NCBI GenBank assembly: GCA_030390025.1
Contig: CM059432.1
Coordinates: 9,300,001-9,364,000, forward strand
Direction of reading: 5' to 3'
Source: Squalus acanthias
Lineage: Eukaryota
Length of the DNA stretch: 64,000 nucleotides
Shown here one piece after another: positions 11,850 to 23,619 of this stretch. The notes under the pieces are model-generated. The model was not told where the DNA came from. It saw only the letters and a list, made by a program, of their open reading frames with translations, and made no database searches. Both the position numbers and the translations under genes were made by a program. How positions within the stretch are numbered: position 1 is the first letter of the stretch; each line of letters opens with the position of its first letter.

Positions 11850-12205
11850 ATTATGAAGGGCTTTGATAGAGTAAGTAAGGAGAAACTGTTTCCACTGGCA
11901 GGAGGGTCGGTAACCAGAGGACACAGATTGGCAAAAGAATCAGAGGGGAGCTGAGGAGAAATTTTTTGTTGCGGTGAGATGTTATGATCTGGAATGCACT
12001 GCCTGAAAGGGCGGTCAATGCAGATTCATTAGTAACTTTCAAAAGGGAATTGGATAAATACTTGAAGAAGAAAAAAATTGCAGGGATATGGAGAAAGAGC
12101 CGGGGGGAGAGTGGGACTAACTGGATCGCTCTTCGAAGGAGCAGGCGCAGACTCGATGGGCCGAATGGCCTCCTTCTGTGCTGTGCTGTTCTATGATTCT
12201 ATGAG
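11850..12205 (+). mobile_element. CR1 LINE 3' fragment
   Basis: MIWNALPERAVNADS...RELDKYLK plus a ttctatgattctatg tail. Confidence 0.9.
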
Positions 12206-12316
12206 GTTTAAACTTGGTTATTGGCTGATCAACCCGAATCTACATCTTGGCTCTTTGATAGAATTGGCAGATAGGAGATTACGTGTGTGCCAGGTATGCA
12301 TGAGCACAGGGGAAAG

Positions 12317-12416
12317 TCACAGCTTTGCCCCATGTGGAACAGCGCACACGTTCGCCCACAGTTGAGCATTCGGAGGGTGGTAAGCAGAAAAGAGAAGAGT
12401 GTCCCGAATATGCTTC
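12317..12416 (-). CDS. Candidate terminal coding exon of an unidentified host gene (KHIRDTLLFSAYHPPNAQLWANVCAVPHGAKL*)
   Basis: Acceptor ttttcattttgccag, open frame to TGA, CpG retention in non-repeat DNA. Phase-compatible with 26039-26108. No homology recognised. Confidence 0.2.
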
Positions 12417-12914
12417 CTGGCAAAATGAAAAATGGCACACTGACCTCCTGTAGCTGTTTACGTAACCATAAACCTATAGACCATGAAGGAAGCACAAATC
12501 TGTGGCTGGTAAAACATTGCTTAAATATTATACATTCTATAATTCCCTGAACGGTGATGAGATGGTGATAACTTGGAGAAAACAACTTAATGGCCTGAGC
12601 GTAATGACACGCTGAAGGAGCAAATGTCTGTAGTAACACGCTATTAATTGAAGATATGTTGAAACTGTTTTCATTTCATCATTCAAAAGTTTTACCAAAA
12701 GCAGCCTATTTTTCAAGTAACCAAGTGTTGACTCATCAGAACTTTGGCCGCTTTGCTCCACTGAGGAGACTTGATGAGTTTGAAGCAGGTTAATTTATTA
12801 ATGAAATACCGTTGGAACCAGCACAACAAAGATATGAATTTGATGAAAATTGGGACTTCCTGCCTTTATTTTACATGTTTTAAATATATGATAGTCACTA
12901 ATAAATCCAATAAA

Positions 12915-13450
12915 AAGAAAAAAGAAAGACTTGTATTTATATAGCTCCTTTCACGACCTCAGGACATCCCAAAGCGCTTTACAGGCAATGAAGTACTTTT
13001 GAAGTACAGTCACTGTTGTAATGTAGGAAGCGCGGCAGTCAATTAGCGCACAGCAAGCTCCCACAAACAGCAATGTGATAATGACCAGGTAATCAGTTTT
13101 TGTTGTGTTGGTTGAGGGATAAATATTGGCCGGGACACCGGAGATAAATCCCCTGCTCTTCTTCGAAATAGTGCCATGGGATCTTTTACGTCCACCTGAG
13201 AGAGCAGACGGGGCCTCGGTTTAGCGTCTCATCCGAAAGACGGCACCTCCGACCGTGCAGCACTCCCTCAGCACTGCACTGGAGTGTTAGCCTAGCTTTA
13301 TGTGCTCACAACCCACGACCATTCTGACTGAGAGGCGAGTGTGCTACCCACTGAGCCACAGCTGACACTGGGAGTATCAACCTAGAATATTGTTCTCAAG
13401 TCTCTGGAGTGGGACTTGACCCCCACAACCTTCTGACTCAGAGTGCTACC
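12915..13450 (-). mobile_element. Deu-domain tRNA SINE with a tandemly repeated tRNA head
   Basis: Full copy 12915-13367, followed by a second head segment 13368-13450 (tgggagt..cctag..ctgagccacggctgacac). Confidence 0.8.
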
Positions 13451-13472
13451 AGCTGAGCCACGGCTGACACAG

Positions 13473-13735
13473 CAGGGAATTCAGGAGAAACTTCTTTACC
13501 CAGGGAGTGGTGAGAATGTGGAACTCGCTACCACAGGGAGTGGTTGAGGCGAATAGCACAGAGGCATTAAAGGGGAAGCTCGATACGTACATGAGGGAGA
13601 AAGGAATAGAAGGTTATGCTGATAGGGTGAGATGAAATGGGATGGGAGAAGGTTTGAGTGGAGCATAAACACCGGCACGGACCAGTTGGGCCGAATAGCC
13701 TGTATCTATGCTGTGCATTCTATGTAATTCTATGC
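13473..13735 (+). mobile_element. CR1 3' end, distinct subfamily (gagcataaacaccggca...gaccagttgggccgaat tail)
   Basis: agagtggtgagaatgtggaactcgctaccac motif. Same subfamily at 14205-14520, 16471-16635, 21585-21832, 38065-38555, 45350-45630, 53950-54630. Confidence 0.85.
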
Positions 13736-14177
13736 AAAAATAGGGAAAGAATGGAACCTATCCTCCTTCACTGAGTTTCACAATGGAAGACAAAACTGGC
13801 TGTTTGTGCTTTAGTTCTGAAACTCATTGACATAAAGATACTTTGATGATTAACAAATGCAACATGTCATCAGGCAAAAATGTAATTTCCAGTCACTGAA
13901 AGGTAAAGCTTAAGCAGAAAAAAAAAATACTCACCCTGTAAGGCCCGATGGGCTAGCCAGGTAAGATATATTAGGGTGGATTTACATGATCTTGGCTCCC
14001 CCCCAGGGAATGCCCAGTTCCCCTGGCCGAAAGGTCAGAAAAATGAGGCAGAGAATCAGATGGCTGGCTCTCCACTCCATTAACATTGCCTTGGGTTTTC
14101 TGGGGCTTTTCTGGGTGAGGACGGGGGTGAGGTGAAGTTCGGCCTACACCTGCAGTAGGTGCAGGCATGTCGGAACA

Positions 14178-14762
14178 TCAACAACAACAACAACTTGCAT
14201 TTACATTGCATAGGATTACATTACATAGGATATACGGCACAGAAACAGGCCATTCGACCCAACCAGTCCATGCCGGCGTTTATGCTCCACTCGAGCCTCC
14301 TCCCATCTTTCCTCATCTAAATCTATCAACGTAATCCTCTATTCCCTTCTCCCTCACATGTTTGCCTAGCCTCCCCTTAAATGAATCTATACTATTTTCC
14401 TCAACCACTCCCTGCGGCAGCGAGTTCCACATTCTCACCACTCTCTGGGTAAAGAAGTTTCTTCTGAATTCCCTATTGGATTCCTTGGTGACTATCTTAT
14501 ATTGATGGCCTCTAGTTACAAAACCTGCATTTATATAGCGCCTTTAACGTAGTAAAACGTCCCAAGGCGCTTCACAGGAGTGTTATCAAATGAAATTCGA
14601 CACCGAGCCACATAAGGAGATATTGGGGCAGATGTCTTAGTCAAAGAGGTAGGTTTTAAGGAGTGTCTTAAGGGAGGAGAGAGAGGCGGAGAGGTTTAGG
14701 GAGGGAATTCCAGAGCTTAGGGTCTTGGCAGCTGAAGGCACGGCCGCCAACGGTGGAGCGAC
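14178..14762 (-). mobile_element. L2 3' end with a CR1 3' fragment (14205-14520) inserted in its tail
   Basis: (caa)n cttgcattta at 14178, then CR1 on the minus strand, then the L2 3' end resumes (tgcatttatatagcgcctttaacg...GGRAFSCQDPKLWNSLP). Confidence 0.85.
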
Positions 14763-14855
14763 AATGGGGGTAACATTCCCACACTCCTGCCTCATTCCAC
14801 AGTTCATCAGCTCGCTGGGAACTGCAAGGCAAGCGGGTCCAAAGAACATGATGGG

Positions 14856-15262
14856 TGGGCCTGCCCCAACCCACCAGGATTACCCTGGAGTCTCCAGGAA
14901 TTGAAAATGAATCTCCAGCACATTCCTGCGAGTGATCCCGGAGGAAAGTCATAGGGGCATTAAAGAAATAGTTTTTTTTCATTTTCTTTGAACACTTTCG
15001 TTTATTAATTATAAAAATATTGCAGATGGAGGGGGGGGGGAGAAAAGTCTGTATGACTGACAGTCAAGAATCATTCAATCGGATAACGAAGTGTCTATTC
15101 GCTTTCCATTGGCCGTGGGAAGGTGGGCGGAGGGGGGAGGGGGGCATGAGGATGGCTGTGTCGGGCAATCAATGGAGGGAGCGTTGTGGCGGGGAGGATG
15201 GGGCGGTTGGAGGTCATGTGATGAAATCTCCAGGAATACATCCAACCAGAGTTGGCAACCCT
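14856..15262. mobile_element. hAT-Blackjack-like MITE remnant
   Basis: The right end gttggcaaccct matches the (T)AGGGTTGCCA Blackjack-type TIR. The left end is degenerate (gggcctgccccaacc). Confidence 0.45.
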
Positions 15263-15589
15263 CCCCAACCCCCTGGATCCCTGAGCACCTGCGGAGGTCC
15301 ACCGGGGTCCTGGAGTAGTCCAACAGCTTTGAGGTAAGGCTGGTTTTACGAGTTGTAGCCATCTCCCCCACTCCAGGATTGTCAGATGAAAGCGGAACTT
15401 CTGGTTGCCCATCTCCAGAAAGTCCTGATCATGGAGGATAGCCACGCAGCCTCAGGCCTGAGATACCTGCAGTCTCCCCTTGAGTTTCCTGCCCTCACTG
15501 CCGGCGTCAGGCCTTGTCAGGCAGTGAGCCTATGCAGAGGTATTGTGTAAATACCAGGGATCCTGGGGCTGGATAAGAACAGAGTACTT

Positions 15590-15970
15590 ATTAAGAACAT
15601 AAGGATTAGGAGCAGGAGTAGGCCATACAGCCCTTTGAGTCTGCCCCACTATTCAATAAGATCATGACTGATCTTCGACCTCAACTCCACTTTCCCGCCC
15701 AATCTCCATATCCCTTGAATCCCCTAGAGTCCAAAAATCTCTCGATCTCAGTCTTGAATATACTCAAAGACTCAGCACCCACAGCCCTCTGGGGCAGAGA
15801 ATTTCAAAGATTCACAACCCTCTAAGTGAAGAAATTCCTCCTCATCTCAGTCCGAAATGTCTGACCCCTTATCCTGAGACTATGCCCCCTAGTTCTAGAC
15901 TTCCCAGCCAGGGAGAAACAACTTCTCAGCATCTACCCAGTCGATCCCCCTCAGAATCTTGTATGTTTTG
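15590..15970 (-). mobile_element. CR1 LINE 3' fragment
   Basis: aagaacataag...aggagcaggagtaggcc tail (reverse complement) plus the ORF2 end. Confidence 0.9.
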
Positions 15971-16238
15971 GATGCACTGCTTCTGACTAGTGCCTGGGCA
16001 GGAACATAGAAAGCGGTGCTAATGGATTTAAATCCTTGGTACTGTGAATGTAACCAGGCTGTCATGAACTGAAAAGTTTTTTTATAACAATATCTAATTT
16101 TACAGAATTGAAGTTTTCATCTCCTGTTGAGCTCCACCAAACATTTCCAGTTAGAATCAGTAATGATAATTTGAAGCCATTTGGGTTAATTGGTTTGCGC
16201 TAACATTAAGTCGGCTAGCATAGAATTACATGGAATAG

Positions 16239-16470
16239 AAACAGAAAATGCTGGAAACACTCAGCAGGTCAGGCAGCATCTGTGGAGAGAGAAACAGAGT
16301 TAACGTTTCAGGTCGATGACCCTTCATCAGGTTCCAGTTCTGACGAAGGGTCATCGACCTGAAACGTTAACTCTGTTTCTCTCTCCACAGATGCTGCCTG
16401 ACCTGCTGAGCATCTCCAGCACTTTCTGTTTTTATTTCAGATTTCCAGCATCCGCAGTATTTTGCTTTTG
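16239..16470. mobile_element. Penelope-like element pseudo-LTR in inverted arrangement (92-bp-arm hairpin) with hammerhead cores
   Basis: Arms 16239-16330 and 16340-16431 are near-perfect reverse complements around a 9-nt loop. CTGANGA...GAAAC occurs on both strands. Confidence 0.8.
16336..16372 (+). ncRNA. Minimal type I hammerhead ribozyme motif (Penelope-associated)
   Basis: AGTT-CTGACGA-A-GGGTC(ATC)GACCT-GAAA-CG-T-T-AACT: conserved cores, stem II, palindromic AACGTT stem III, and stem I AGTT/AACT. Confidence 0.7.
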
Positions 16471-16639
16471 TATAGAATAACATGGAATCACTTACAGCAC
16501 AGAAACAGGCCATTCGGCCCAACTGGTTCGTGCCGGTGTTTATGCTCCACACCAGCCTCTGCCCACCCTACTTCATCTCACCCTCTCAGCATAACCGTCT
16601 ACTCCTTTCTCCCAAATGTGTTTATCAAGCATCTAATTA

Positions 16640-16808
16640 TTCAAGGCTGAGATCGATAGATATTTGCACTCTAGGGAACTCAAGGGCTATGGGGATCGGG
16701 CGGGAAAGTGGATTTGAGGTCGAAGATCAGCCATGGTCTTATTGACTGGCGGAGCAGGCTCGAGGGGGCCGTACGGCCTCCTCCTGCTCCTAATTCCTAT
16801 GTTCTTAT
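16640..16808 (+). mobile_element. CR1 3' end fragment
   Basis: ttcaaggctgagatcgatag...gatcagccatg...ctcctgctcc. Confidence 0.88.
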
Positions 16809-17909
16809 CCTCCAAATGCAGCAAAGCCAGATTGCCAAAGTTTGCAAGAAAATGTAATTCTTCGATGGCTACCTAACCCTGAGAAGTCTGCAACATTTCT
16901 TAACATTTGTTACTAGTCTGGCATAAGATTTGATGTTAAAAAGAAACAAAGTCTTCGCGCCATGACAAATGCATGTTGCTTTGCGATATTGCAACAAGCA
17001 AATCACACCTTTTCTGCCACAACAACCCACGCAGATAAATAATGTCGAGCAACTTTATTTTCCTGATACATTAGGAAAGATTGGAAACTATAAGGAATAA
17101 AATCTGGACGAAAATGATTTTATTTTTCATTCAGGAGAAAACGTTAGACTTGTCGCTGACAGGAGAGAGAAGATTCTTCCTCCACGCTTCACTATTAACT
17201 GTGTTTTTGATTATGAGCACTGCTCCGCCGACTGCAAGGAACGACTCCAAAAACAAGCAAGTTGAGTTTAAGGCATACGGCGCATTCTACTAAATAGTGC
17301 TGGAATGGATTAGCGCAGATGGCAAAGGAAAAAAAAAAGAGAGCTCATTTGTCACAAACTTATAGGGACAATTTACATCACCCTTGAATTTTAATAGAAC
17401 AACTAATGTCAGCTTATCTAAGAGCCGCCCCAGGGCTGTTGTACTATGGAGCGTCTTAGAGTAATTTTTTTTTAAATGAAAGCCGCATCTGAGTCGGATG
17501 TTGCTATAAATCACGTTTTTTATCCATTAGCACCACAGGGGAGAAAACATACTGAAGCTCCAAGCGGCCAACGGAAAGGAACACTGGTTGGTATATTTAA
17601 CTTTCTGGTATCACAACAATCTACGAGACATGTTTGAGGCTAACATCTGTTAGAATCTGAAATACATAACATCTTTCCCAGAGAGTGTGAGACTTTATTG
17701 TAAGTCTGTGATGCTCTTTGCGGCTGCGTGTAATATCTGTGGCCGCCAAAATGGACAAGCTAAATATTTAAAGGTGAAGAATATTTCACTGAGGAGCAGG
17801 AGGCTGTGTCACATTATTCCAAATATCTTTACATGCATTTATCTGCAGGAAAACCAACTAAAAATTCTTATCATGACCACCGCTCCTTTTTTTTCGGACA
17901 GCAGCTGTT

Positions 17910-18215
17910 GGTAATGATTCTGCTGTTGCCATTCCCAGCTCCTTTAAACCCATCTTTTGTTTCTTTACTTGTCCCATTACCATCTCCTTTTGCCTTGCAC
18001 CATCATCCCTTTTGTCATTTAATCTCTCCTGCCTTCCACCCGATCACAGACCTTCCCTTTTGTTCTTTCCCCCCTTTCCCTGCCTCTGCACTTGCTGTTA
18101 CATCTCCAACTTTTTCCAGTTCTGACGAAGGGTCATTGACCTGAAACGTTGACTCTGTTTCTCTCTCCACCGATGCTGCCTGACCTGCTGAGTAATTCCA
18201 GCATTTTCTGTTTTT
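17910..18215 (+). mobile_element. Penelope-like pseudo-LTR fragment with a hammerhead motif at 18118-18154
   Basis: Pyrimidine-rich segment ending ccagttctgacgaagggtcattgacctgaaacgttgactctgtttctctctcc...ttctgttttt; same family as 16340-16470. Confidence 0.75.
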
Positions 18216-18274
18216 ATATTAAAAATTCTTTATTGTATGTACCAATATTGTAGCTACTGTGGTGCGGGGGGTGG

Positions 18275-18857
18275 GGGCTGGAAATCGAAGGGGTGGAAGT
18301 TATGCTACAGTTGTATAAACTGCATCTGGAGTACTGCATTCCATCTGGGCACCGCACCTCAGGAAGGGTATATTGGCCTTGGAGAGCATGTAGTGCAGAT
18401 TCACCAGAATGATACCAGGACTTAAAAAGTTCAATTATGAGGACAGGTTGCAAAGACTAGGCTTGTATTCCCTTGGGTATAGAAGATTAAGGGATGATCC
18501 AATTTAGGTGTTTAAGACAATTGAAGGATTTGATAGGGTAGCTATAGAGAAACTATTTCCTCTGGTATGGGAGTCCAGAACAAGGGGGTATAACCTTAAA
18601 ATTAGAACTGGGCCGTTGAGACGTTAACAAAGGGTGGTGGAAATCTGGAACATCTCTCCCCCAAAGGCTGTTGAGGCTGGGGGTCAACTGAAAATTTCAA
18701 AACGGATATTGATAGATTTTTGATAGGCAAGGGTATTAGGGGTTACGGAAACAAGGCAGGTAGATGGAGTTAAAATACGGATCAGCCATAAACTAATTGA
18801 ATGGCGGAACAGGCTCGAGGGGCCGAATGGCCTCCTCCTCTTCCTATGTTCCTATGT
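18275..18857 (+). mobile_element. CR1 LINE 3' fragment (third subfamily; also at 44555-44988)
   Basis: Degenerate HLEYCIPSG/YEDRL motifs and a 3' UTR ending cctatgttcctatg. Confidence 0.85.
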
Positions 18858-19244
18858 ACCACGTGCCTGTGCTACTTCACATGGCGGCCTGCGGTCCCAA
18901 ATAAATGTTGGATGGGTTCTAGTGGATCAGTCACTCCTCTCAAGTGCTGTGGTCATCCCCTTGGGGCCCAGTAATATTATAAGAAGTCAAGATCATTTTA
19001 TGAGAGGTTACTAATTCTGGCTAAGCCCAACTCTCCATGTTGTATGTTGGGGTTCCATCAGAAGGGTTCGATGGACTTTCATCTCAGCAACTTTCTTAGT
19101 GCATTCTTACTTGCACCCATGGGCTTATCCTGGTCTTTTGGCGTTAGATGGGGTTGCCACTGCACTCTGCCGAAGTGGCTACTCTCCAGGGCATACTCCA
19201 ATCAGAAAGGGTATTTTTCCCTCAATCTGGCTCAATTTAAGTTA

Positions 19245-20625
19245 GAATAGAATCCTAGAATCATAGAATGGTTACAGCACAGAAGGAGGCCATTCGGCCC
19301 GTCGAGCCCATGCCAGCTCTCTGCAAGAGCACTTCAGCTAGTCCCACTCCCCCGCCCTTTCCCCGTAGCCCTGCAATTTTTTTTCCTTCAGGTACTTATC
19401 CAACTCCCTTTTGAATGCCACAATTGAGTTTGCCTCCACCACCCTTTCAGGCAGTGCATTCCAGATCCTAACCACTCGCTGCGTAAAAAAGTTTTTCCTC
19501 ATGTCGCATTTGGTTCTTCTGCCAATCACCTTCAATCGGTTTCCTCTGCTTCTCAACCCTTCCGCCAATGGGAACAGTTTCTCTTCATCTACTCTGTCTA
19601 GACCCCTCATGATTTTGAACCCCTCTATCAAATGTGCTCTCAACCTTCTCTGCTCTAAGGAGAATAACCCCAGCTTCTCCAGTCTATCCATGTAACTGAA
19701 GTCCCTCATCCCTGGAACCATTCTTGTAAATCTTTTCTGCACCCTCTTTAAGGCCTTTACATCCTTCCTAAAGTGCGGTGCCCAGAATTGGACACAATAC
19801 TCCAGGTGAGGCCGGATCAGTGTTTTATAAAGGTTCATCATAACGTCCTTGCTTTTGTATTCTATGCTTCTATTTATAAAGCCCAGGATCCTGTATGCTT
19901 TTTTAACTGCTTTCTCAAATTGCCCTGCCACTTTCAACAATTTGTGCACATATACCCCCAGGTCTCTCTGTTCATGCACCCCCTTTCAGATTGTACCCTT
20001 TAGTTTATATTGCCTCTCTTCATTCTTCATCATAGAATGGTTACAGCACAGAAGGAGGCCATTTGGCCCGTCGAGCCTGGAAATCGAAGGGGTGCACTTT
20101 TCTGCGTTAAATTTCATCTGTCACGTGTCCGCCCATTCCACCAGCCTGTCTATGTCCTCTTGAAGTCTATCACTATCCTCCTCACTGTTCACTATACTTT
20201 CAATTTTTGTGTCATCTGCAAATTTTGAAATTGTGTCCTGTACACCCAAGTCCAAGTCATTAATATATATCAAGAAAAGCAGTGGTCCCAGTCCCGACCC
20301 CTGGGGAACACCACTGTATACCTTCCTCCAGTCCGAAAAACAACCTTTCACCCCTACTCTCTGTTTCCTGTCACTTAGCCAATTTTGTATCCATGCTGCC
20401 ACTGTCCCTTTCATTCCATGGGCTTCAACTTTGTTGGCAAGCCTATTATGTGGCACTTTATCAAATGCCTTTTGGAAGTCCATGTACACCACGTCAACCA
20501 CATTGCCCTCATCAACCCTCTCTGTTACCTCATCAAAAAACTCAATCAAGTTAGTTAAACACGATTTGCCTTTAACAAATCCATGCTGGCTTTCTTTAAT
20601 TAATCCACACTTGTCCAAGTGACTG
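19245..20625 (-). mobile_element. CR1 LINE, RT to 3' tail
   Basis: ORFs 20121-20618 (GVPQGSGLGP, KFADDTK) and 19338-19979 (RPHLEYCVQFW). Confidence 0.95.
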
Positions 20626-20724
20626 TTTCTGTGTGTTTGCTTCCTGGCTATGTTTGCAGCATTCCGTGGAGGGGGAGGGGGTCTGTAACTGCATCAGATT
20701 GACCAACGACAGGTAGTTTAGAAA

Positions 20725-21297
20725 GTTCTTACTACGATTATATAGGGCCTTGGTGAGACCACACCTGGAGTATGGTCTCCTTACCTAAGGAAGGATATAC
20801 TTGCCTTAGAGGGAGTGTAATGAAGGTTCACCAGACTGATTCCTTAGACATGGGAATTGTCCTATGAGGAGAGATTGAGTAGACTAGGCCTATATTCCCT
20901 AGAGCTTAGAAGAATGAGAGGTGATCTAATTGAAACATATAAAATTCTTAAGGGGCTTGACAGGTAGATGCTGGGTGGATGTTTCCCATTGGCTGGGGAG
21001 TCTAGAACCAGGGGTCACAGTCTCAGAATAAGGGGTTGGCCAGTTAGGACTGAGATGAAGAGAAATTTCTTCACTCAAAGGGTTATGAATCTTTGGAATT
21101 CTCTACCCCAGAGAGTCGTTGAGTATATTCAAGACAGAGATCGATAGATTTTTAGAAACTAAGGGACACGAGGGATATGGGATGGTGCAGGAAGGTGGAG
21201 ATGAGTTACAAGATCAGCCATGATCTTACTGAATGGTGGAGCAGGCTCGAAGGGCCGAATGGCCAATCCCTGCTCCTATTTCTTATGTTCTTATGTT
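20725..21297 (+). mobile_element. CR1 LINE 3' fragment
   Basis: ggccttggtgagaccacacctggag through the cttatgttcttatgttc tail. Confidence 0.9.
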
Positions 21298-22380
21298 CTG
21301 TGTTTTGCCCGATACGGTGACCCTCACCCTGTTGCTGTAACTGCCTTCAGCTTATTACTATTTTTCTTTCTCGTCTTTTTCCCTACTGCAGACTTGTGCT
21401 TTTCTATCTCGGATGTGGCTGTTTTCGCTCTCTCTCTCTCTGGTTACTCTTTTGGAAGTTCAACTTTATTTGTTTTTTCTTCCTTTTTCTCGTGAGGTTC
21501 CACCTGTATTTGTAGATCTTTGCTGGTCTCCAAAGGTCCTTGCCTTTTCCCATGTCACACTCCTCCGAAATTAAGACATTGTAATCAAAACTTTTTTTAC
21601 CCAGAGAGTGGTGAGAATGTGGAGCTCGCTACCACGTGGAGTAGTTGAGGTGAATAGCACAGAGGCATTTAAGGGGAAGCTAGATAAACACATGAAGGAA
21701 GAACGGAATAGAAGGATATGTTGATAGGGTGAAATGAAGTAGGTTAGGAGGAGGTTCGAGTGGAGCAAAAACACCAGTATGGACTAGTTGGGCCGAATGG
21801 TCTGTTTCTGTGTTGTATATTCTATGTAATTCTCTTTGACACAGCACTAACAAGCATTTTCTGCAGCAGTCACATCTCCCTCCCCTGATCCTCAAGAGCA
21901 TGTCCTGCCAAGGGGGTTGTGCAAAGATCCATTGACATCATCATGCTGAACTATAGAAATTAGAACAAATATGAAAAGCAGAAAGATCAGTATTAGCGTG
22001 ACATGCCACAGCATGATGCTTAATGGCCAGACTCCGCTGGGAGATACTGCAAAGGATTGCAAATGCATAGATATCAACAGATTGTATTCTCTCCTAATTC
22101 TCTCTGTCTAATCTCCTCTCTTGAAGGCAATGACCTATCCTGTGGTCTAGTTTCCGGAGCAGTGGCAGAGGTCCAATTCCTTGAGCAGCCCTGATTCTTA
22201 ATGTATGAAACAGTGGGACAGGGTGGTGCCCACCCTTTGCGTTAAGAATGGCCTGGCATTGTTGCATTCGGTGTGTTAGTGACATTGGTAATCTATAGGC
22301 TTTGCTTAAGAAGAGTGAACAGGATCAAGTCCATTATAGTATTAGTACAGAGAAGCGTGAAGCTTGTACCATCTCGTCAA

Positions 22381-22705
22381 GGCTTTTTCGGCAGCACCTC
22401 CCAAACCCGCGACCTCTTCCACCTAGAAGGACAAGGGCAGCAGGCGCATGGGAACACCACCACCTGCAAGTTCCCCTTCGAGACACATACCATCCTGACT
22501 TGGAAATATTCCATTCCTTCATCGTCGTTGGGTCAAAATCCTGGAACTCCCTCCCTAACAGCACTGTGGGAGTACCATCACCTCACGGACTGCAGCGGTT
22601 CAAGAAGGCGGCTCACCACCACCTTCTCGAGGGGCAATTAGGGATGGGCAATAAATGCTGGCCTTGCCAGCGACACCCACATCCTATGAATAAATAAATA
22701 AAAAA
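22381..22705 (+). mobile_element. 3' end of the LF-SINE-partner CR1-group LINE
   Basis: RQHLPNPRPLPPRRTRAAG..., then tail gggcaattagggatgggcaataaatgctggccttgccagcgac...atgaataaa. Confidence 0.85.
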
Positions 22706-23184
22706 CAAGCCCTGTCTCCAAAAACGGCAGCACGTGCGTTATTTATTTATTATGTTGTCTCGAGAAAAGACAATTATTGACAGCAACATTACAGTCAGTC
22801 AGCATCCAAAAGGGAAAGGTGTGTTAAAATTTGGATGGCGTCACGACGATCAAAGAGTCCCGCCCCGAATCACGAGCCGAATCTCATTCTTTCAGAAGTG
22901 TTGTGCCTTTCCAGCATTTCCGATCTTTCATTTCAGATTTTTATTTCGCATCTGCAGTTTTTCATTCTTCAGAGCTAACGTGTGAGGTGGAAGAGCACGG
23001 GAAGATGCCACAATCCTGAGTCCAGCCAACACCTGCACGCATTCACTTCTAATAGAAGGGCTGGATAGGGATAAAGTAGAGCGGCCTTGCCTGATCTTTT
23101 TCCCCTTCCTAGCCCATGAATGAAACCCCACGGCTGGCTTAGACAAGATGAGCTAATTGAGAACACAAGCAATAAATCAAACCT

Positions 23185-23445
23185 AAGATATAGAATAGAA
23201 TGATACAGCGCAGAAGGAGGCCATTCGGCCCATCGTGCCTGTGCCGGCTCTTTGAAAGAGTTCTCCAATTAGTCCCACTCCCCCTGCTCTTTCCCCCATA
23301 GCCCTGCACATTTTTCCCCTTCATGTATTTTTCCAATTCCCCTTTTGAAAGTTACTATTGAATCTGCTTCCACCGCCCTTTCAGGCAGCGCGTTCCAGAT
23401 CACAACAACTCGTTGAGCAAAACGATTTCTCCTCACCTCCCGCCC
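23185..23445 (-). mobile_element. CR1 LINE 3' fragment
   Basis: QRVVVIWNALPERAVEADS plus tail. Confidence 0.88.
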
Positions 23446-23619
23446 TTCATGAACTGTCTGGCTCAGGACAATTCCATGCCAACACTTAGCCACTGAATCA
23501 CCAATTGATGCCAAGAATTTTGTGCCAACAACAGTTACAATGAAAATAGATATGCACAAAGTATGTCTATTAAAGAAAATAACTGAATCAATTATCATGG
23601 TAGAAATACAAACTGAATG

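Noticed and set aside
12554..12615. C/D box snoRNA (GTGATGA...CTGA...CTGA)
   Set aside because: No convincing terminal stem or recognisable rRNA antisense element; such motifs arise by chance.
12718..16184. Plus-strand exon candidates (NQVLTHQNFGRFAPL..., LKFSSPVELHQ...)
   Set aside because: Weak GTTAAT donors, no recognisable protein and no consistent gene model.
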